This document shows positions 1-8,729 of a stretch of 59,641 bases of DNA, piece by piece. Within the stretch, counting starts at the first letter, position 1. Every line of letters begins with the position of its first letter. Source of the stretch: Gammaproteobacteria bacterium (lineage in GTDB: Bacteria; Pseudomonadota; Gammaproteobacteria; Magnimaribacterales; D2472). The notes under the pieces are model-generated. The model was not told the DNA's origin and ran no database searches. It saw only the letters and a list, made by a program, of their open reading frames with translations. The position numbers and the translations under genes are program-made. The stretch covers positions 1 to 59,641 of the forward strand of contig JBJLIA010000034.1 in NCBI GenBank assembly GCA_045564035.1. Reading direction: 5' to 3'.

Positions 1-2
1 AA

Positions 3-1139
3 ATTGAGTATAAGCATAACAACAGATACTACACCAATGAAGGTTATCAATTTAGCATTAATACTACTTTGGGAATCCATGACCTAACTGTAGGTTACAG
101 AGACATGGAAGATTCAGAGAGCAGACTTCAGGCTCACGAATACGCAGATCAAGCAGCTGATGGTTCATTATCAGCTCTATATGGGTATATTGGCTTAAAT
201 AATAGTAATAACAGATTAAGAGAATCTAGCGCAACTTCATATTACCTTCAAGATACTATGGATTTTGGAAGACTAAATGTAACTTTAGGTTACAGATCTG
301 AGGACTATGATCAACGTCACAGAAGATGGTCGGATCGCGCAGGACCAAACTTAACGATGGTTAGAACAGGTGAAGCTGACAATAGAGATACCTTTGCTAC
401 GAATGATCACACAACGCAAAGTTTAGGCGCCACATATGAACTTAGTGACAACATTACTTTAGTAGCAGGTTTTCATGAAGGAATGACGCCTATGTTTGGA
501 GCAGATCCAGAAGAAGCTGATAACACTGAGCTTGGTTTAAGATATTCAAATGGCATGACTAATATAGAGTTTTTCTACTTTGCAAGTGAATACTCAAATC
601 TTGCGGCTGAATGCACCCTTGTAAGTGGTGCGGCATGTAATGCTGACGAATCCGCTGTATTTAGTGGCGGTGCTGCAGATGTAGACGGATTAGAGTTTAC
701 TGGCTCATGGGTATTAGAAGGTGACGGAGTAAGCTATCCTATTGCTTTAGCTTACACTTCAACAGATGCAACCTTCAATAATAGCTCAGAGAGTGATTAT
801 TTTGGTTTAGTTGCAGCGGGTGATGATCTTCCGTATATCCCAAGTTCTTCTATGTCATTAGTTGCAGGTTTTGTTACTGAGAACGGTTTAAGCGGAAACA
901 TGAGATTAATTGACATTGGTAGCTCATGCTCAATAGCAGCATGTGGAACTTATAACAAGATCAATGCACATACTATTATTGATCTTAATATAAGAAAGGC
1001 ACTTACTGATTCAATGGATGTTTATGCGATTCTTGAAAATGTCTCTGATGATGCTGATATTATTTCTAGAGCTCCATCAGAAGGCGCAAGATCACAAAAA
1101 CCTAGAACTCTTAAATTTGGATTTAGTTATAGGTTTTAA
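3..1139 (+). CDS. TonB-dependent outer-membrane receptor, C-terminal part (5' end outside window)
   Basis: Frame is open from base 3 (IEYKHNNRYYTNEG...). Beta-barrel-type strands (YYLQDTMDFGRLNVTLGYRSE) and terminal PRTLKFGFSYRF ending in Phe; FecA-like. Confidence 0.88.
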   Translation: MEYKHNNRYYTNEGYQFSINTTLGIHDLTVGYRDMEDSESRLQAHEYADQAADGSLSALYGYIGLNNSNNRLRESSATSYYLQDTMDFGRLNVTLGYRSEDYDQRHRRWSDRAGPNLTMVRTGEADNRDTFATNDHTTQSLGATYELSDNITLVAGFHEGMTPMFGADPEEADNTELGLRYSNGMTNIEFFYFASEYSNLAAECTLVSGAACNADESAVFSGGAADVDGLEFTGSWVLEGDGVSYPIALAYTSTDATFNNSSESDYFGLVAAGDDLPYIPSSSMSLVAGFVTENGLSGNMRLIDIGSSCSIAACGTYNKINAHTIIDLNIRKALTDSMDVYAILENVSDDADIISRAPSEGARSQKPRTLKFGFSYRF

Positions 1140-1148
1140 TTAATTTCT

Positions 1149-1390
1149 CACTGGAGGCTGCCGATAAAAAAGTTGTGGTAGCTTTACTCCCTGAACCCTT
1201 CATAATTGTTCCCTAAGACGAACACAGGGTTTAAGGTAGCCTCCTTTGAGGAACCTTACTCAAAAGAGATTGGTATAGAAACATGGAAATTTTCTCTCCC
1301 CAAGCTCCCAAGTTTGATCTCATTATTACCCTTAAGTTTTAATATATTTCAGATTTTGGGGTTTATCAATCCCTGGCGAGCCTCGAAGCG
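1149..1390 (-). ncRNA. ssrS: Probable 6S RNA (divergent, ~240 nt)
   Basis: On the minus strand the 5' end CGCTTCGAGGCTCGCC pairs with the 3' end GGCAGCCTCCAGTG. The 3' half has ACCTTAAACC...GGTTCAGGG...CGGCA, resembling E. coli 6S ACCTTGAACC-GGTTCAAGGG...CGGCA. A TATTCT -10-like box lies just upstream (1396-1401). Confidence 0.55.
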
Positions 1391-1406
1391 TTAAAAGAAT
1401 ACTTTG

Positions 1407-1434
1407 TTGCACTGGAAAAGATATCTTGTACAAT
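1407..1434 (+). promoter_or_regulatory. sigma70 promoter for tRNA-Ala
   Basis: TTGCAC (1407-1412), 16-nt spacer, TACAAT (1429-1434), ending 13 nt upstream of the tRNA. Confidence 0.65.
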
Positions 1435-1447
1435 TGTTTCGTCGTGT

Positions 1448-1523
1448 GGGGCTATAGCTCAGCTGGGAGAGCACCTGCTTTGCAAGCAGGGGGTCCGCGG
1501 TTCGATCCCGCGTAGCTCCACCA
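1448..1523 (+). tRNA. tRNA-Ala (anticodon TGC)
   Basis: GGGGCTATAGCTCAGCTGGGAGAGCACCTGCTTTGCAAGCAGGGGGTCCGCGGTTCGATCCCGCGTAGCTCCACCA: 76-nt cloverleaf with G3:U70 identity pair and encoded CCA. Confidence 0.98.
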
Positions 1524-2417
1524 TTATTCAATAATCATCAAATCCTCAGCAATAATAGTTTTACCATCATATATTTGACGCACTTCTTGCAGTATTTCTT
1601 CTGGACTAGACCCCCAAAACAAAATATGAGAGAGCAATAATAATTTTGGCTTCACTCTGGTTGAAAGCTCTGCAACCTCAAAAGTCGATGTGTGATGGCC
1701 AGAATGATATATCTGCCAGTCCTTGGTTTTTTTTATGAACCCTGCGTATGAATATACTTCATGAACAAGAATATCGGCACCAACGGCATACTTTTCTAAC
1801 TCTTTTGAAGGGCCGGTATCTCCAGAAAAAACAATAACCTTATCCTCTGAAGTAATCCTAAAACCATAGGCATCCTCAAAGCTTCCATGAGGCACTTTAA
1901 ACGCCTCCACAGATATATTTATATCTTTGAATACCAAACCCTCTTTTAAAAGATGGAAATTATATTTATAACCAATAGTGTTTGATGGTTGAGTTCCATG
2001 GATTCTATAATTTATATCCTCTTCAAAAGCCTGCAGCGTTGATTCAGCCATTTTCTCTAAACCGATAGGACCAAATAAATTGATTCTTTTATTACGTCCC
2101 ATAATCCAAGGCGTCAGCAATAAGTCAGCTAAACCAGCTGTATGATCTGAATGAATATGAGTTAAAAACGCATGCTCAATATTTTTGACTGTCATAGCTG
2201 TTATTTCACCTCCCCACTCTGGAGAAAAGCTAGCCATACTTCTTATTACACCGGAACCAAAATCAATTAAATATGCTTTATCATTTACTACTACCGCATA
2301 AGCAGATCCATTTCTTTGAGGATCAGGATTTGGAGTCCCAGAACCCAAGACGATTAATTTAGTTGATGCATTTAAGAGTAATGGCAAAAGAATTAAAGGT
2401 AGAAATATTTTTTTCAT
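1524..2417 (-). CDS. Exported MBL-fold hydrolase, RNase Z/AtsA (arylsulfatase)-like
   Basis: LGSGTP, THIHSDH, VPH, FSGDT, VHE, HHTS and LSH motifs; N-terminal signal peptide MKKIFLPLILLPLLLNAS. Confidence 0.8.
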   Translation of the reverse strand: MKKIFLPLILLPLLLNASTKLIVLGSGTPNPDPQRNGSAYAVVVNDKAYLIDFGSGVIRSMASFSPEWGGEITAMTVKNIEHAFLTHIHSDHTAGLADLLLTPWIMGRNKRINLFGPIGLEKMAESTLQAFEEDINYRIHGTQPSNTIGYKYNFHLLKEGLVFKDINISVEAFKVPHGSFEDAYGFRITSEDKVIVFSGDTGPSKELEKYAVGADILVHEVYSYAGFIKKTKDWQIYHSGHHTSTFEVAELSTRVKPKLLLLSHILFWGSSPEEILQEVRQIYDGKTIIAEDLMIIE

Positions 2418-2474
2418 GTTAGGTATAAGAGATTACAATTTATAATAAATCATACATTTAATTGTTTATAAACA

Positions 2475-2945
2475 ATGTCAGAATATCAATCAATTCCAGA
2501 AATAATGCAATCAGCCGTCACCCCAGTTTTTCTATTAGCTGGAATAGGAGCATTATTAAACGTTATGACCGGAAGGCTTGGCAGGATCATTGATAGGCTC
2601 AGATATCTTCAAAGTTTCCTTGTAAGAGTTTCTGAAGATGACAAAGAAATCATGTTGTTAAATCGTAAAAGGTTAATTTTTCGCACAAGATTGATTAATA
2701 CATCAATCTTTTTTTGCACTCTTAGTGGATTAATAGTCTGCATTGTCATTGGTACGTTATTTATTGGAGGTATTTATAAAATTTCTTTAGGTGGGTTTAT
2801 TTCTTTTGCATTTATACTTTGCATGCTCTGTTTAATACTGTCTTTAATTTCCTTAATCTGCGAAATTTTATTTGCAACTAGGACGTCTCGTAAAAATATA
2901 CTTGCAACCGAATCAATAATTTCTAAATATCTTCATGACAAGTAA
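2475..2945 (+). CDS. DUF2721-family membrane protein
   Basis: AVTPVFLLAGIGALLNVMTGRLGRIIDR signature; three hydrophobic segments. Confidence 0.75.
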   Translation: MSEYQSIPEIMQSAVTPVFLLAGIGALLNVMTGRLGRIIDRLRYLQSFLVRVSEDDKEIMLLNRKRLIFRTRLINTSIFFCTLSGLIVCIVIGTLFIGGIYKISLGGFISFAFILCMLCLILSLISLICEILFATRTSRKNILATESIISKYLHDK

Positions 2946-3447
2946 TCAAAAATCTTTAAAAACATCTATTTCACTTATTGGAATGGCAGGGGCAGGGAAG
3001 TCCTCTTCAGGGCTTGCACTTGCATCAAAAACAGGCATGAATTTTGTTGATAGCGATCAATTAATTGAAACTCAATATAAAGAGAGTTTACAGAGCATCT
3101 TGGACAAATATGGCTATATAAAACTTAGAAAGATAGAGGAGTCAGTTTTATCCAATATAGATTTTCATCAAACAATTTTAGCAACAGGTGGTAGTGCGAT
3201 ATATAGCTCTAAAGCAATGGAGTATCTGCTAGCAAACTCATGCATAATTTTTTTAGATGTCCCACTTGAACTAATTCTTAAAAGGGTACCAAGTTTTTTA
3301 GACAGAGGTTTTGCAAAAGAGCCTTCTCAAAGCATTGAGGATGCCTTTGCTGAAAGACAAGAACTTTACAAGAAATATTCACACCACACCATTCAAAATA
3401 CGCACGACATCAAGTCATGCGTGACCAAGATTATAAATTTATTTTAA
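2935..3447 (+). CDS. Shikimate-kinase-family P-loop kinase (AroK-like, atypical)
   Basis: GMAGAGKS P-loop, FVDSD and ATGGSA; lacks the canonical GGG and RPLL motifs. Confidence 0.75.
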   Translation: MTSNQKSLKTSISLIGMAGAGKSSSGLALASKTGMNFVDSDQLIETQYKESLQSILDKYGYIKLRKIEESVLSNIDFHQTILATGGSAIYSSKAMEYLLANSCIIFLDVPLELILKRVPSFLDRGFAKEPSQSIEDAFAERQELYKKYSHHTIQNTHDIKSCVTKIINLF

Positions 3448-3497
3448 ATCTTAGTTAATAAATAAATTAACAGGATGACTAATAAGCTTTATATCGA

Positions 3498-4319
3498 CTA
3501 TCTTTTATTCTTGATAATATCAAGAACACCAATCACATTTCCATATTCACGTTTGTCTGCATACTGCCCTTCAATCCCAGCAAGTTTAAGCCGATTTTCA
3601 ATGCCATGAATGACCATTGATAAATAAGATGTTCTTCCAAGGAAACATACTTTTTTTGAACCAATTAATAGCGCATTTAGATAGGCTACTGTTCCAATGA
3701 CCTCACCAATCATATTGCATAATGCAGCCGAGGTATTTTCTATGGTATTTGCAGACGCAATTTTTGCCTGACCAAAATTTACTGCAGTTAAATCAGGCGA
3801 CAAACCACCAATTTTGTTAACAACATCACCAATTAAAAAATCAAGCTTACCTTTTAACCCTTTTTCAGCAAAATGATTGATCTCTCCTCCATCACCATTG
3901 TTAAATAATAGATGTCCAAGGCCTTCAAGCATGCCTCCACCCACAGCAATTCCACCAAGGTGGTAAAAATTATCGCCTTGGACATTAACACATGCTGTTC
4001 CTGTTCCAGCACTGACAACCAAGCAGGATTCATCTTTAAAACCATAAAGTGTCTTCGCACCTTGACCAATTGCATCTATTTCATTAATTTTTTTAATTGG
4101 GATATTTTTAATTACATCGTCAAGATCAGATGATTTCCCTCCAGTAACACCAATAAGTTCAACCTGATTTAATGAAATATCAATCCGTTTAAGAATATCT
4201 TCTATTTGATGTTTAGTAAGATCTTTAGTATCTGTTGGGAAGCTGTGAAAGTGAGTAGATTCTCTTTGAAATATAGCAAGGTCTGTATTTGAAATGCCAA
4301 AGTCAAAAGCAACATACAT
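3498..4319 (-). CDS. Type II pantothenate kinase (Fumble/CoaW family)
   Basis: ASKHA-type motifs DFGIS, GVTGG, NEIDAIGQG, VSAGTGT and LGGIAVGGG. Confidence 0.78.
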   Translation of the reverse strand: MYVAFDFGISNTDLAIFQRESTHFHSFPTDTKDLTKHQIEDILKRIDISLNQVELIGVTGGKSSDLDDVIKNIPIKKINEIDAIGQGAKTLYGFKDESCLVVSAGTGTACVNVQGDNFYHLGGIAVGGGMLEGLGHLLFNNGDGGEINHFAEKGLKGKLDFLIGDVVNKIGGLSPDLTAVNFGQAKIASANTIENTSAALCNMIGEVIGTVAYLNALLIGSKKVCFLGRTSYLSMVIHGIENRLKLAGIEGQYADKREYGNVIGVLDIIKNKR

Positions 4320-4528
4320 TATTTTTTTGTATCACTATCTACTTCTTCAGCTTCACCTTCAATTATTTTTGAACCATCTTTGTTTTGACGGATGTTTGGC
4401 TTACGTGAGCGGCCCCAGTTAATCCTGTCATCTCTATCCAGTTGTTTTTTTGAGGCCTTAATTTTTCCAAGGTTCATAAAAACAAACAATGAAAAAATAG
4501 CTAAAAGACTAAAAAAAATAGTATTCAT
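4319..4528 (-). CDS. Small single-TM hypothetical protein
   Basis: 69 aa with an N-terminal TM helix and IIEGEAEEV tail; tightly packed between yccA-like and PanK genes. Confidence 0.65.
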   Translation of the reverse strand: MNTIFFSLLAIFSLFVFMNLGKIKASKKQLDRDDRINWGRSRKPNIRQNKDGSKIIEGEAEEVDSDTKK

Positions 4529-5269
4529 TTATCTGCTTCTTAATTTCATCAAGAGACGTAGAATTTCTATATACAGCCATACTAAAGTGACCATTAGCGA
4601 AAAAGCTCCATACCATTCCATATATTTTGGCAGACCGCGTTCAGCTCCATCTTCTATAAAATCGAAATCTAGGACAAGGTTAAGTGCGGCTATCCCAACA
4701 ACAAATAATGAAAAACCGATTCCAAACAACCCATTGGAGTGAATAAAGCCTATGCTTGAGCCAAAGAAAGACATAATAAAGCTAACCAAGTACAAGAGAG
4801 CAATTCCCATGGTGGCTGAGAAAAGCATCAGTCTAAAATTTTCAGTTGGTTTAATTATGCCGCTTTTATAACAGAACAATAAAGAAGCCAATATTCCAAA
4901 AGTTAATCCAATAGCTTGAATTCCAATTCCGGGATATTGCATTTCAGCCAGGACTGTAATTCCACCTAAGGCCACACCTTCAAAGGCAGCATAAAATGGA
5001 GCAGTTGAACCTGCTTTTGCTGGACTTCTAAATATAGTCACGAATGCCAGAATGGTTCCTATTATTAAACAAGGAATTGCTAATACTGGAATATTCCAGC
5101 CGACAAAGGCTCCACCAAAACACAAAGCAAGCAATACACCTGTTTTGTTTACAGCACCGTCAAGTGTCATCCGTTCGGCCTGAGGAAGATCTCTCGTATT
5201 TTCAAAATTTCTGACAAAGGCAGGGTTTCCAGACCTACCAAAAGTATTTAATGCAGAGTGTTTGGACAT
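4529..5269 (-). CDS. Bax inhibitor-1/YccA family membrane protein
   Basis: RSGNP, MTLDGAVNKT, LVLDFDFIE and VTLVWLYIEILRL motifs; AGGAG Shine-Dalgarno upstream. Confidence 0.9.
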   Translation of the reverse strand: MSKHSALNTFGRSGNPAFVRNFENTRDLPQAERMTLDGAVNKTGVLLALCFGGAFVGWNIPVLAIPCLIIGTILAFVTIFRSPAKAGSTAPFYAAFEGVALGGITVLAEMQYPGIGIQAIGLTFGILASLLFCYKSGIIKPTENFRLMLFSATMGIALLYLVSFIMSFFGSSIGFIHSNGLFGIGFSLFVVGIAALNLVLDFDFIEDGAERGLPKYMEWYGAFSLMVTLVWLYIEILRLLMKLRSR

Positions 5270-5329
5270 TAATTTCTCCTTTAAAAAACTATTATGAATT
5301 ATTTATGGTCTTTTAGACAAATTTAAAGA

Positions 5330-6370
5330 TCAAAGCTTATTTATCCAATTTTTAATCAGCTCAATCCCTGCTTCGTCCGCTAAGGCTCTTCCAGATTCTG
5401 GCATCATGATACCTGGATCCAATGAGTTCATTCTAAAAAGCATAATTGAATCATCTGCATGACCAGGAACTATGGAGTATTTTAAATTACCGCTTGCTCG
5501 ACCTGCTGCTACTGGTTTTTTATATATTCCTAGTTGTTCACGATTTACTTCAGTGTAATTTAAATACAATCCTGTGGTATCTGCGGAGCCTCCAGGAATA
5601 TGACAATGTCCACAATTAATATCAAGGTATGCTCTTGCTCGATCATCTAAAGATGCATTGACATCTGTGTAACTAGATATCGAATTTGAATCAAGTTTGC
5701 TATCAATCCATCCCAATGCTGCCCAATAAAGCAATTGATTCATCTCTCCTGAGCGATAATCTAAGACTTTATTCATATTTCTTGCTTTTGGACCGATAGG
5801 AGTCATAACTTTATTAACTTGATGGCATTCTTTGCATTGATTCTGATTAGGGGCTCGATAGCGAACATCCACTATTTTACCTGCAGAGTCTGTAAACGAA
5901 GTTGGTATTGTTGCCCCAGCAATAGCCCTCTTTGCATCAGTTTGCTCTGCATTCCATACATAGCTAGTCGCTTTCCAGCCTGCATTAGTATTAATTAAGA
6001 GGCGAGTTTCAAGCAATTGCTGTTCCATTGGACCATTGTTGTTTAGGTAGGCAAAGGTTTTGATTAGAGTAGATCCAACAGGAAAAATAAAAACTTTATC
6101 TTTTACATAACCCAATTTCTGTCCCTCAGGAACATATACAAAACGCAGTTTATCTGTTTGATCAGAAAACAAAGGATTAACAAGAGAGTATGGATGCACA
6201 TCTTTAGATGGAATTTGATTTTGCATATCTTGAAAAAAACCAAATTCAGAAAGAAATCTTGGAGCTTTAGAAAAATCTTCTAAATTGAATGCATTGGAGG
6301 TGTAGGCTTGGGATGAAAAGCAAATCAAGAAAATAACTAGCAGGTAAGATTTTTTAAAAGGTTTCATCAA
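5330..6370 (-). CDS. Exported diheme c-type cytochrome (SO2930/HNE_0200-like family)
   Basis: Signal peptide; CKECH and CGHCH heme motifs; PLFSD..KLRF, FPVGS.LIKTF, LLETRLL and MMPE signatures. Confidence 0.85.
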   Translation of the reverse strand: MMKPFKKSYLLVIFLICFSSQAYTSNAFNLEDFSKAPRFLSEFGFFQDMQNQIPSKDVHPYSLVNPLFSDQTDKLRFVYVPEGQKLGYVKDKVFIFPVGSTLIKTFAYLNNNGPMEQQLLETRLLINTNAGWKATSYVWNAEQTDAKRAIAGATIPTSFTDSAGKIVDVRYRAPNQNQCKECHQVNKVMTPIGPKARNMNKVLDYRSGEMNQLLYWAALGWIDSKLDSNSISSYTDVNASLDDRARAYLDINCGHCHIPGGSADTTGLYLNYTEVNREQLGIYKKPVAAGRASGNLKYSIVPGHADDSIMLFRMNSLDPGIMMPESGRALADEAGIELIKNWINKL

Positions 6371-7592
6371 ACTCTACTCTTGCTAGCGGTGAGATTTCTC
6401 CATTAAATTCATTAATGTTTAAGGTTGCAGGATCTAAAAACGGAATCATATATCCGATGGGTTTGATTGCTAGAAAGGTAGCATCTCCATTGTTAGTAAT
6501 AATCATTTTTTCATCTTCAGGTTGACCAAAAATTATCTGAGATATTGGCACTAAGCCATCCCAAAATATATCAGGCATATTCCCATCTGAAAGCTCAAAA
6601 AGTATTTCGGCTAATTCTCCCTTGCTCGTATCAGGGTTATATCCAGTTGGACCGAATTTATTTCCATGGATCTGAATAGATTTCGGGTGAGGGTAGTAAG
6701 TCACATCGTCTGTTTCATTTCCGTAAGTAACAACTGCAATATTTACCGTGTCGTTGTCCCCAATTTCATTATTAAAGATCTCCACATTTGAATTTGCTTG
6801 AATAATAACTCCTGTACCTCTTGGCACCTCGCCTACGATATTTCCTTCCGGAGCAAAGTTATCAGTATTATTTCCAACGGAGCGGTTATTAAATACTCTT
6901 ATGTGATGCCCGCCTTGTTGGGGCAATCCCGGTAGATCAAAAACCAAAATCCCGCCAGTATTATTAGTTGCAACATTGTTAAAAACATCTGCATAGTATG
7001 AGTTTTCTATTTCAATACCGGCAACATTGAATTCCGCTCTACTATTCCTAACAATTATATTTTTTGATTGTCCAACATAGATCCCAGCATCTGATGCACC
7101 AATTGCAATACAACCATCAATCAATACATTAGTTGATTCAACTGGATATAGACCATAGGCTCCATTTTCTGAGTTTGGCCCGTTCGTCCATTCAGTTTTT
7201 ACTCTTAAAAACTTGATGTTGGTTACACCCTTAACTTTAATGGCATCTCCTTTAGCATTTTGGATAGAAAAATCCTGGAGGGTTACGTTATCTGAAGTAA
7301 CGCTGAGTCCTTGGGCGCCACTTTGTTGATCGGCAAAGTTAAGAATGGTTTGATTCATTCCCTCTCCCTCAATTTGAACTCCTTCAACATCGAGCGATAA
7401 AGAGTCTTGCAGATTAAATATGCCTGAGGTGAGCCGAATCACATCACCGGGTTCGGCTAATATTAGAGCCTCTTGAATATCCTCATATGCATTTTCAGAT
7501 GGCTGAATAATTTGTACAGCAGGGTATATCGTGCTACTAAAAAAGAGTAACCCAACTATAATCTGATTAGATAGCTTGAGGAATTTCACCAA
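6354..7592 (-). CDS. Exported right-handed parallel beta-helix protein (TIGR03805-like)
   Basis: NGAYGLYPV, GASDAGIYVGQS, NVAGIEIENS and NNTGGILVFDLP repeats; signal peptide; start TTG 7592 or GTG 7589. Confidence 0.85.
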   Translation of the reverse strand: MVKFLKLSNQIIVGLLFFSSTIYPAVQIIQPSENAYEDIQEALILAEPGDVIRLTSGIFNLQDSLSLDVEGVQIEGEGMNQTILNFADQQSGAQGLSVTSDNVTLQDFSIQNAKGDAIKVKGVTNIKFLRVKTEWTNGPNSENGAYGLYPVESTNVLIDGCIAIGASDAGIYVGQSKNIIVRNSRAEFNVAGIEIENSYYADVFNNVATNNTGGILVFDLPGLPQQGGHHIRVFNNRSVGNNTDNFAPEGNIVGEVPRGTGVIIQANSNVEIFNNEIGDNDTVNIAVVTYGNETDDVTYYPHPKSIQIHGNKFGPTGYNPDTSKGELAEILFELSDGNMPDIFWDGLVPISQIIFGQPEDEKMIITNNGDATFLAIKPIGYMIPFLDPATLNINEFNGEISPLARVEFDETF

Positions 7593-8688
7593 ATTTTTCT
7601 AGAGGTTTTTCAAGCTCATCCCAATTACATTCGAAATCATCTGGAGCATTTTCATACTCAAGTAAACCCAATGCCTCAAATTTTGGCCTAACTTTATCTG
7701 TTAAAAGTCCTATTCTTGCAAGGTTAGGCATAATTCTTGAGAACAAGAAATTTCTAAAAGTCGCATTAGCTGACGTTGATAAGGCAAATTCCCTGGCTTC
7801 ATCCTCAGACATTTTCAGGTATTTTTGCATCGCCGTTGTGTTGATAAGTCTCTCTCTAGAGATGACACAAGCTTCATAAGCAAACTCTGCCCTATCCTCA
7901 ATCTCCTCAGGGCTTAAAGTTTTTATAAAGTCCTCAAGATAATTAATTCCAAAGGTGACATGTCTGGCTTCGTCGCGAATTACGTAATGTAGCAGTTGAG
8001 TCAAAAGAGGATCCTTAGATAGTCCCTTTAACATTTGAAAGGCAGCTAGAGCCAAGCCCTCTATAACAATTTGCATGCCAATAAATTTGAGGTCCCATCT
8101 TTCATCTGTAAGAATTTTGTCAAGCAATAATTTTAGATTTTTATTGATAGGATAATGCATGCCTATTTTTTCCTGAAGATACCTATTGAAAACTTCAACA
8201 TGTCTTGCCTCATCAAATGTTTGTGATGCTGCATATAACTTTGCATTGTAAGTAGGTGCACATGAGGTTAGTTGAGATGCAACAAGGAGTGCCCCTTGTT
8301 CTCCATGAAGGAACTGACTTAATAATTCAGCAGTATCATGGCGGTCAAACTCAATCTTTTCTTCATCGCTTAAATTTTCGTATGCTTCAAGAGTTTCATG
8401 GGGCAAGTCTTCATCTGCCTGAATAAGTCTTTCGTTGGCTGGATGGGTATAATCCCAATTTAGGTCTATAGAACCATTCCAGTTTAACTCCTTACCAAGC
8501 TCATAAAGCTTTTTAATTCTATTGTCAGCAACAGTGTAATCCCAGTTATATGCACCAGTTAATGGTGTATTGAATATTTCAACAACATCTTCAACTTGAG
8601 CAGGAGTGAGATTTAATTCGTTTTCAACCTCTAAAGTCTTAAACTTCAAGATATCATCTGGCGGCCCGTCTGTTTTGGTAATTTTCAT
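7567..8688 (-). CDS. Ferritin-like diiron-carboxylate enzyme (AurF-like oxygenase family)
   Basis: FLHGEQGA...DEARH...IEGLA...DEARH, i.e. two E/ExxH ligand sets; GAGGGAG Shine-Dalgarno; no signal peptide. Confidence 0.82.
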   Translation of the reverse strand: MKITKTDGPPDDILKFKTLEVENELNLTPAQVEDVVEIFNTPLTGAYNWDYTVADNRIKKLYELGKELNWNGSIDLNWDYTHPANERLIQADEDLPHETLEAYENLSDEEKIEFDRHDTAELLSQFLHGEQGALLVASQLTSCAPTYNAKLYAASQTFDEARHVEVFNRYLQEKIGMHYPINKNLKLLLDKILTDERWDLKFIGMQIVIEGLALAAFQMLKGLSKDPLLTQLLHYVIRDEARHVTFGINYLEDFIKTLSPEEIEDRAEFAYEACVISRERLINTTAMQKYLKMSEDEAREFALSTSANATFRNFLFSRIMPNLARIGLLTDKVRPKFEALGLLEYENAPDDFECNWDELEKPLEKFGEIPQAI

Positions 8689-8710
8689 TTTCTCCCTCGT
8701 AAATTCCTAA

Positions 8711-8729
8711 ATGTTTACAGTGTAAACAT
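8711..8729. promoter_or_regulatory. Palindromic operator candidate ATGTTTACA-G-TGTAAACAT
   Basis: Perfect 9-bp arms around one base, 22 nt upstream of the diiron gene and just downstream of a minus-strand TATAAT (8735-8740). Confidence 0.7.

Noticed and set aside
1149..1390. RNase P RNA interpretation (P1-like closing helix ending TTATCGGCAGCCTCC)
   Set aside because: Lacks the universal GAGGAAAGTCC and AGAACCCGGCTTA motifs and is too short.
1206..1394. 62-aa ORF in the TBDR-tRNA gap
   Set aside because: TTG start, no SD and no recognisable motif; the region is better explained by a structured RNA.
1500..1523. tRNA 3' end as an island attachment site
   Set aside because: No integrase, no duplicate of the tRNA 3' end noticed, and no obvious compositional shift.
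1448..2417. tRNA abutting an RNase Z-fold gene as a dedicated processing system
   Set aside because: The protein has a signal peptide and no evident tRNA-binding arm; probably coincidence.
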